From: Pocillopora damicornis
Taxonomy: Eukaryota
NCBI RefSeq assembly: GCF_003704095.1
Contig: NW_020846987.1
Span: 62,001 to 125,497, forward strand
Direction: 5' to 3'
Length of the DNA stretch: 63,497 nucleotides
The notes under the pieces: generated by a model
The model's database searches: none
What the model was told of the DNA's origin: nothing
The model's input: the letters and a program-made list of their open reading frames with translations, nothing else
Position numbers and translations under genes: made by a program
Part shown: positions 54,873-63,497 of the stretch, piece after piece
How the letters are laid out: each line of letters opens with the position of its first letter
Position numbering within the stretch: position 1 is the first letter of the stretch

Positions 54873-55829
54873 GAAAATTATTATAGTTATCATAATTTCA
54901 TTATTCATGAAAATTTCTCTTTATCACATAATTCAGTTTTAAACTTTTAAATGGAAAAGTGAGTGTGCAATGTAAAATAGGTAATTTACATGTAAAGATA
55001 CCAACACTGGTAAATAGAACAAAAATATACTAAAACATCCTGTGTATTTGGTTCAAGCACTAACCCTGGACAATCTTTTAATGTCAATATTCCAAAGTTA
55101 TTCTCCATACTCCTCTCAATACACATTTTTGTTGTTGACAAGGAGAATTTGAAAATAGTGTAATTGTTGCAGGAAGAGTAAAGTATAGTATTTACTGAAA
55201 CAAATATTCACCTCAGTGTTGGTAGTTTGCAGTGGATATTTACTTTGTCACTTTATTCCTCTGAAAATATCCACCACAAGTGACCTCCACTTTGGTGAGT
55301 AGTCGTTAAATACAACAGAATATTACTGTAAATATCAGTTATAATTTTTAGGGCTTTAGGACTTTTAGCCTTTATCAAGGACATAACAGGTTTTAGGATA
55401 GTGTTTGATTCAGCATTTTTTTTTTTAACCATTTAACTGATAAAACTGAAACAACATCAATATTTTGAACGTTTTCAACCAAAGAAGTGCACACTGTCTA
55501 CTGTATTTATTACAGCTATGCAACAGTTTAAATAAATCACGATTACAGTTTGGCTTTCAGCGACTTTTTGAGAGTAATAAATCTTCCTTGTAGATACCCT
55601 TGGTGGATTGATAGGCCACGGTAGGCTTATTTATAGATTGGGTTTACAACAACTACAATGAAGCATGTGTGCAAAAGTTAACTTTTAGTTGAAACACTTT
55701 CCTCAGCTTACGATTTTGAAGTAGCCCTGCAGCTGGTAGAGGAAGCTAAGCTTTGAATCTTAGTTTCGTCCAATATTGGCAAGATGTAAAGTCAATTATT
55801 TTGTTTTAAAACATAACAAAATATTTATA

Positions 55830-56360
55830 TTAACATTCTACCCCAAATTTATCAAAGTTTCTCGTTATCACGCCTAATTGCAAATGTATCGAGCCCATGG
55901 CAATCGTTCTCAATTTATATCGGTCTCCACCAGTGTAGATAACATCTGAAGTCTTTAACTGTGGTGCACCGCCGACAAAAAAGCTACGAAGCTGTTCTGA
56001 CTTGCTCGAACCGAGAGGTCGCCATGTCACGCAATCAACGTTGTGAGTTCCAGGTGATGTTGGCACATGGCAGTAACCATAACCATAAATCTCGTTTCGT
56101 CCATTAGAGTCTTGGTGCCAAACTTGGAAATGAAACTTTGGCCATCCTTTCAGTCCTTTGGTCGCAAAATGCAAGTCTATGGGATGGCACCATCGTGCAC
56201 AATCCTCGTTCTGGGGGTTGTCCACTTGCGTTTGGCCCTCTTTTTGTCCAGCTAAAAGTTTCCACAAACCGTCAACATGGACAGACCATTTGCAGTATAA
56301 ATTATGTGAGGGGAACCCGCTTGCACCGATGATTTCACCTATAACATGTACTTCCGCCAT
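55830..56360 (-). CDS. B9D2: B9 domain-containing protein 2 (ciliary transition zone), intronless
   Basis: 176-aa ORF: [75 protein letters not shown]. Confidence 0.97.
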   Translation of the reverse strand: MAEVHVIGEIIGASGFPSHNLYCKWSVHVDGLWKLLAGQKEGQTQVDNPQNEDCARWCHPIDLHFATKGLKGWPKFHFQVWHQDSNGRNEIYGYGYCHVPTSPGTHNVDCVTWRPLGSSKSEQLRSFFVGGAPQLKTSDVIYTGGDRYKLRTIAMGSIHLQLGVITRNFDKFGVEC

Positions 56361-56635
56361 TGCCGTTTACTCAGCAAAACATTTAGCAACGGAAAAATGA
56401 CGGAAAATCTAAACATGGCGGGCTCTATACTACGCATGCTTAAATTGCGCCCGCAATGCGTCAGCACAAAAGATGGCGGCAAAAGTTTAAATTTTTCCCT
56501 CGGAGATGTTAGTTCATGTGAATCCTGCGTGTGTAAAGGCAATTTTGACGAGCTAAACCTTCTTTTGCTGTGTTTCTTGAGAAAAAAAATTTAAGGCATC
56601 CAACGAGCATATAAAGCCCAAAAAGAGGTAGCCCC
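56361..56635. promoter_or_regulatory. Putative bidirectional promoter B9D2/TDP1
   Basis: 275 bp between divergent ATGs; two YY1-like motifs (aacatggcgg ~56412, aagatggcggc ~56470). Confidence 0.6.
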
Positions 56636-59600
56636 ATGGGTGACAAAGAGAAGAGAGTTGGAAAGATCGATAGGAGACCGATGTGCAGATACGGAACAGA
56701 TTGTTACCGTAAAAATCCGGTTCATTTTAAGGAATATAGACACCCAGGTAAGTTTACGTAAATTGATGTCTAAGCTACTGGGAAGTTAATAACTAACGCA
56801 AACATTCAACTCCTTGGGATTTGGGCAATCCATAAAATCGATATTCCACTTAGTTTTAATTAATAACTTAGTAAAATCGTTTCAGTCGATACTGATAATC
56901 GAAAAATCGATAATTAAGTTATCGGTAAACGCTAAATATAAATCCTTAAGTGCATGATGAGTGATAAATATTTATTGATTTTTCGATTATCAGTATCGAC
57001 TGAAGCGATTTTACCAAGTTTATTGATTACAGATTTTCACCTTGGTTCTCCATCTGGAAAAACGAATTTAGCAAATGTAAGACTTAAAAGCAGGGAATAT
57101 ATATAACGGCGTAATATGTGACTAACACAGTCTAAATACTGTAAGATTTTACGCCATTATCTCAGTCGGTAGATTAATTATAATAAATTAATATATAATT
57201 AAATTATATTACTGGCGTAAAATTTACATTATATATATCACTGACTGGAAGAAAAGCAAATAGTTAGTACAACAAACTTTCTATGGCCAATTTTCTTGTA
57301 TAACTCTTTGTTGACTGCCTATTTATGGAGAAGTCAAGAGAACTCCAAACCTGAAATAATTCCAAAATGTTGATCATGCTCTGACCAGTGTAGATGAAGC
57401 TGCATTAAGCTGCAAGATAAAGATTCAAGCTGACCAGACAACAAAATCACCAAAAACCAAATTACACTGCCTTCAGTTATATATCTCACATCCAACTGCT
57501 CTACCCTAAACTTTTTGACGGCAACAACATTTTAGAGATATTTTTTTGTGTGTACACTGGTATGTTAGTTTCACAACAAATTTTATAAAAGGTAATAAAT
57601 AGATAATAATTATTTTTCTAATGGACCCCTCATAGGTTATGACTCTGACACTGATGATGATGATGATGACAAGTTGGAGAAGTCTCCGCCAGCTAAAAGA
57701 CAGAAGTTAACTAGTAGTTTGACAACCAGTGAGCCGTCATTTTCATCGTCTTCATCATCATTACCAAAAGACACTGAGAATGACATGAAGTGTTTGCCAT
57801 TTTTACTGACCACTGTTCGAGGAATTCCTTCTGAATTTAATAACAAAAATATGGCAGTTAGCATTAAAGGTACCCTTTTCTTTTAAAAGTTAGATTAGCC
57901 TGGCAGAATTAGAATGTTTTAATTCTAAATTATGCTATAGGAGTTTTTTACTATATATAGATAAAGCAATCAGTCAATCAGTTAGTCTTTGTCTTTTGAA
58001 TTGTCATCTTGAGGTGGTTTTAGGGGGGATGTAAAAATGTTCTTTAACTCTTTAACTCCCATGAGTGACCAAGACATAATTTCTCCTCACAATATCAATA
58101 CAATATCAAGCAGACAAGTGATGAGAATAAACAATATCAATTAGGGGATTAATAGTTGATCCAGTATCAAATTCTCTGAACTAACATCACAAGAATTATA
58201 TGGCAGATAGTAAAGAGAGTTAAAAATAAATGAGATCTTGGGAGTTAAAGGGTTAAAATGAGCTATTATCAAGTAAATTCTCTGAATTTAATTATAGTGT
58301 GAAATATAAGAACATGTCTTGTTTGTTTGTTCGTTTGTTTGTGGCTCATCTTGTAGGTCATGTAAGAGTTGTGCTTTGATTTACTGATATTTTACTTGTA
58401 CTTACCAAATTTTATTGCTCTACGATATATCTTATACAACTAGATATCCTTTCAAATACAATGGGGAACTTGGAGGCATCAGCACAGGTACATGAGTGAA
58501 AAAATGAGTGCTTGATATTAATTAATAATAAGTAGTATTCTTTTTTAATAATATTAGATTGTAATTATCAGATGAGATTCAACAATAATTATTATTATGC
58601 ACATTGATTTTTTTCAGTTCAACTACATGTTTGATATTCCATGGTTGATGGAGCAGTACCCAGCAGATAAAAGGTCAAGATTATTATGTTTTGACACTGA
58701 ACTGTCAAATTGCCAAAAATCAAGCATATTTTTTTAAGTGAAGCATTGATGCAGAACTGTTATCTAAAGCTTTTTGGCTGGTTCATTTAGAATTAAAATT
58801 TATCTTCCAACTAAAACTCTTCTTGGTCATGAAAGTTCATATGGGAATACTGTTGAGGTCTACTGAGGTAATTTTTGAGGGGATAGGGCTGAGGTGCTTA
58901 GTGAACATCTGCATGAATATTAATGTTTCTCTTCAAGCTAGAATTGAAAACTTGATTCCCAAGTTGATACACGTGTGTGCGATAAACACCAAACCAATAT
59001 GGGATCCTTTATTTCTTTATTCCTTGGGGAATTCTTACATCAAAGCGGTCAACTGAAATCATTACATGAAGAAATTACCTATTAAGTATTGTGTGATCAT
59101 AGCTTAAGAATAATTTAAATTTTGGAAACGAGCATGTGGCAATTAAAAGAACCAAAAGAAAGGTAAAAACGAAGCACTAAGTTTCACTTTGAATAACAAA
59201 CAAGTTATTGTTTACCAACATTTGTGGGTCTCAATTACTTTATTAAGGATTATGGTCTAATTTGTCTTCTATTCAAAGAACAATCTTGATTACATGGCGT
59301 CTTATCCTGAACTGAAATGCCAACTATAATTTCAGTCTGAAAGGAACTAATCATGGAGGCATCCATCTAACCAAAAAATTTTTCGCTGCTTCTCTCAGAA
59401 GCGGTAACATTTAGCTCTAATGGAAGAGGTTACAATGAACACTGTAGTTGAAGGGATTATTACCAACTTGGTATGCTCAAGTATTTAAAAACAATGGTCA
59501 TTCCTTATTGGTAGTTGAAGACTTAGTATGGAATGTTTTTGGGTTTTATGTGTATTTTGGGGTTGCAAAAAATTCATAAAAGAGATTTTTAACAATTCAA

Positions 59601-62600
59601 ATATGTTTTCAGGTCCAAACCTTTATTAATCGTTCATGGAAATCAGAGAGAGGCAAAGGCTCAACTTCATAAAGAAGCAGAACCATATCCAAATATTAAA
59701 CTGTTTGCTGTAAGTTTGATGTTTGTGCAGTCACTGGCATGGAGATATTTCCAGAAGTGCATACAGTTACCAGAATGGGGAAAATTTCTCAAAATCATCA
59801 AATCTGTTAAGCTAGTTTTACTTGGTTGATGAATTTGACGAATATTTGCCAAAATTGTCAAATCCATGAACATTCACTCAGTTTGACGAAATTTCATCAA
59901 ATCTGCCATTTTTGTTACTGCATGCATTTCTGGAAATAAGTGAAATTAGGGTCCTCATACAACACAAATCATCCAAAGGATAACACCAAGGCATTCAGAT
60001 TCAGACAATTTCTTAACTGGCTGATAAATCTGCAGATAAATCCTCTATCTAATCAAATCAGTGATTCTCAATATTAAATTGTTATCATTTTTATATTTAG
60101 TAGTCAGTCATTAAACTTAATTTAATTTTAAAAAATCAGTCAATTAAATCACTAGTGAAGTATAATTATAATGATAAAATAATAATGGTTTGTCTCTTTT
60201 TAACAGGCCAGACTAGAAGCATTTGGAACACATCATAGGTTGGTCTTGTGATGGTACATCCAAGAATGAAGATGTCATCATTACTGCACACAAACAGAAT
60301 TGCAAATTATAAGAAACCGATTAATTCAGCTTCAAAACTTGAGTATTTACAATACCTCTGAGATACAACAAAAAGATGATAACCTGCTACACTTTCATGA
60401 TAAAACTGAAGGAAATCCTTTTTAAAATAACAGTGATTGTTGGTAGTGAATGATCTTTATTTTCTATTCATTAAGTTACAAGCTTTTCACTTTTTCTGGC
60501 AAGCCCCTAAAGTACCTTGATCAAAGGGGAAAACTGAAAGAGCAATAAAACTCAAGTCACATGATAATGCTGGCATGAATAAATATTTTATATACTAGAC
60601 TAGATGCGTCACTTTCCATGTAATCCACTGTATGAAGTTTTATGCAGCTAGCCAAGCTAAAGGAAAACGGCAAATGTTCACCCATTCCTCAACACTGCAG
60701 TAGAAATTAAAAAATTAATGGTCAATTGAGAGCTTCTCTCCTAATGATCACAATAGATATATTTTCTCAGGTTTTTGAGAAGTTTAGTTCTCATAATTTT
60801 TTTTTTCAGCAAAATGATGCTACTGTTGTACAAAGAGGGCTTAAAAGTTGTGATCACCACAGCAAATCTCATTGCCATGGACTGGGACCAGAAAACACAA
60901 GGGTACATCAAAATTATTTGTTCTGAATTTTTTTAATAAAAAAGGTGCATTCCCCTTGAATATGTCATCAAATGAAGAGGAAGCACACTGTAACTGAAGA
61001 GCAGACTTGTTAAACATTTCCTTCTGTAATTCTCCCTTTTGGCCTTTTGTTTGAGAACCATACCATACAATGGAAACAGGATTAATAACTTGAAAATGTT
61101 AGTGGAACTGACTGCATTAATTTCTAATTAAAATGAACAAAAATCATGCCTAGCTTGGGTAAAATTCTAATTTAAAGGATATACTCTCGTGCAGAAGATT
61201 CATGAGTGTAATGGTTGGTGCAATAACTGCATTCATTTGATTCTTGAGGAAATTTTCCCCTTACAAGCCAATTTCCCTTCTCACACAACATGGCTTGTCA
61301 TATTCATTTGTTTCTTTTTCAGGGTTTGGATGAGTCCAGTGTTTCCTAAACTTTCCAAGTTATCTGGTGAAGAATATGCAAACTATTCACGAACTAATTT
61401 TAAAGAGGATTTATTGGTAAGGAAATTGCCAAACTAACTAATAATAGTTTGGCATGTGGATTTTATCTTTGATCATGGAGTATTTGCATGTACGACCAGG
61501 TCATTTGTGCATTTTTCTTTGTACAGAGACTGCAACTTATGGTAGTTTTTGTACTCTGTTGTGGTATGTGTGACATGACACTTTTCAGTTTTAGCTCAGA
61601 TCAGGAAAGGCCAGTGGGAGAAAAATTTTTACAGGTCAAGGGAGAGTCAAAAAAAGTTTTGGTCAGAGGGGAAAGTGAAATGTTTTGGACATTTACAGGG
61701 ATGGTTAAAATTTATACAGCTGGTCAATTTCATACCATTTTGTATTTTATTGGTTAGTTAGAGTTTTAGATATAATTTTTAACAGGGAAAAGGAAGTGAT
61801 AAATGAGGGGTTTTTGCCTAAAGAAATCAAATTTCTTCTGAAAACTAAGCCAGATAGCTTTCCAAATTTTAAACACCCAGTAACTGAAGAAGGAAGGCCA
61901 GTTGGGGGTGGGAGGGGGGGGAGGTTCTGATCCTGTTTCACATTTACTCTAAACAAATTTGAAAGGAATAACATCAAGTCTTCCCTTACCTTGCCTTCAG
62001 TAAAATTCATGTGTACAGTCACATATTAATTTTGAGCTTGATCTCTTTGCAACCCTCTACTGAAGAGATGCACTGTACAAGGAAAGTACCTTGAGGTTCT
62101 TTAAATTCATTGCATCCCCAATGATGTGATGTCTTTCAGCAAAGCTTCATCTTAATTAGTCTAAAAAAAACCATTACAGGAATATTTGGCAGCATATGGG
62201 GGTAGTGCACTAGATGAATGGAAGAAACATATTCGGGAACATGATATGTCATCTGCAAGGTATATTGTTCATTAAATATTTTTTTCTTATTTGATCATTT
62301 GTTTTTCAGGAAGTTATTGAGTTGTCATTGCCTCCTTATGATATTTTCTTCCGTGGATCCTAATTTGTTGTTTTGATTTGTTTAGTTGTGGTTGAGACAT
62401 CCAATTGAAATGCACTCTGTTGGTATTAATATAGGAGAGACTTTTGATTGATTTTAGGGTTCGCCTAATAGCCTCTGTTCCTGGGAGACACACTGGAGTC
62501 AATAAAACCAAATGGGGCCATCTTAAACTTCGTAAGGTGATCATGAATTATTGGTATAAATTAAGAAGTCTAAAATTTGGAATTTGTTTGAGTTGTTAGC

Positions 62601-62889
62601 AAATATCACCCTTTAGCAAAGTTAGGTGCCTGTCTAAAAGAGCATTAAAGTTTCACTCAATGGAATTGAACAAATTTTGAATTCATCTACTGTAGCAATA
62701 CCTTAAGAATAAGATAATTGTCTTTGAAACTTAGGTTCTTCACCAACATGGACCTAGCTCTGATGACATCAGCTCCAAGTGGCCTGTGATTGGTCAGTTT
62801 TCCAGCATAGGTTCTCTTGGGAATGACAAGGACCGTTGGCTGTGTTCTGAATGGTTACAAAGCTTGTCCACATGTTCTGGTAACATGAT
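56636..62889 (+). CDS. TDP1: Tyrosyl-DNA phosphodiesterase 1 with N-terminal PBZ zinc finger (3' part lost in gaps/outside window)
   Basis: Exons 56636-56747, 57636-57869, 58444-58487, 58618-58673, 59613-59709, 60207-60238, 60810-60902, 61323-61416, 62180-62259, 62458-62536, 62735-gap. [67 protein letters not shown] (first HxK motif), [24 protein letters not shown]. Confidence 0.95.
56857..57029. mobile_element. Foldback/MITE-like element with ~50-bp imperfect inverted arms in TDP1 intron 1
   Basis: aacttagtaaaatcgtttcagtcgatactgataatcgaaaaatc ... gatttttcgattatcagtatcgactgaagcgattttaccaagtt. Confidence 0.7.
58023..58255 (+). mobile_element. TTAA-type MITE copy
   Basis: ttaactctttaactcccatgagtgaccaagac ... 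gagatcttgggagttaaagggttaa. Confidence 0.78.
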
Positions 62890-63497
62890 NNNNNNNNNNN
62901 NNNNNNNNNNNNNNNNNNNNNNNNNNNNNNNNNNNNNNNNNNNNNNNNNNNNNNNNNNNNNNNNNNNNNNNNNNNNNNNNNNNNNNNNNNNNNNNNNNNN
63001 NNNNNNNNNNNNNNNNNNNNNNNNNNNNNNNNNNNNNNNNNNNNNNNNNNNNNNNNNNNNNNNNNNNNNNNNNNNNNNNNTTCCTTCAACTTCAATTGGA
63101 ACACACTGGATTTATTATTATCATTATTATTATTGTTAGTTTAATTATTATTATTTTTTCATTATCATTATTATCTTAATCACTAAAAATTTAGGGATGC
63201 ACATGTGAGTAAATTTAAAGTAATTACTGCAGTTTGTAGAAACACCAAAAGTATCCACATTGTTTGAGTTATGTATTTCTTTCTATANNNNNNNNNNNNN
63301 NNNNNNNNNNNNNNNNNNNNNNNNNNNNNNNNNNNNNNNNNNNNNNNNNNNNNNNNNNNNNNNNNNNNNNNNNNNNNNNNNNNNNNNTCTCGAGGCAAAA
63401 CCCCCCCTTTGTTCCTTCCTCTTCCCTGTCAAAAAAAAAAACCTAAAACTCTAACAGACCAAACAAATACAAAACAGTATGAAATTGACCAGCTGTA

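Overview
AT-rich, intron-containing eukaryotic DNA from a gapped draft assembly with many N runs. Gene content and repeats suggest a cnidarian, probably a stony coral (inference). Genes reconstructed from GT-AG sites and reading phase: protein kinase D (+, 2.0-17.4 kb, part of the kinase C-lobe missing); an uncharacterised type I membrane protein with signal peptide, beta-helix-like region, Cys-rich repeats and TM (-, 20.9-24.9 kb); a tandemly duplicated secreted glycine-rich protein resembling bacterial/phage surface proteins (+, 28.8-42.7 kb); an intronless SOCS-box + NEK6/7-like pseudokinase (-, 44.9-45.9 kb); LRR1 (-) head-to-head with TBCB (+); B9D2 (-) head-to-head with a PBZ-finger TDP1 (+, runs off the window). 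Most notable: (1) a 170-nt circularly permuted hammerhead-ribozyme unit (retrozyme/Penelope-like) with a perfect 57-bp hairpin in an intron of one duplicate, (2) the SOCS-box NEK pseudokinase next to another Elongin BC adaptor, (3) the amplified bacterial-like polyglycine gene with readable duplication junctions. No database searches were run; family assignments rest on motif recognition.
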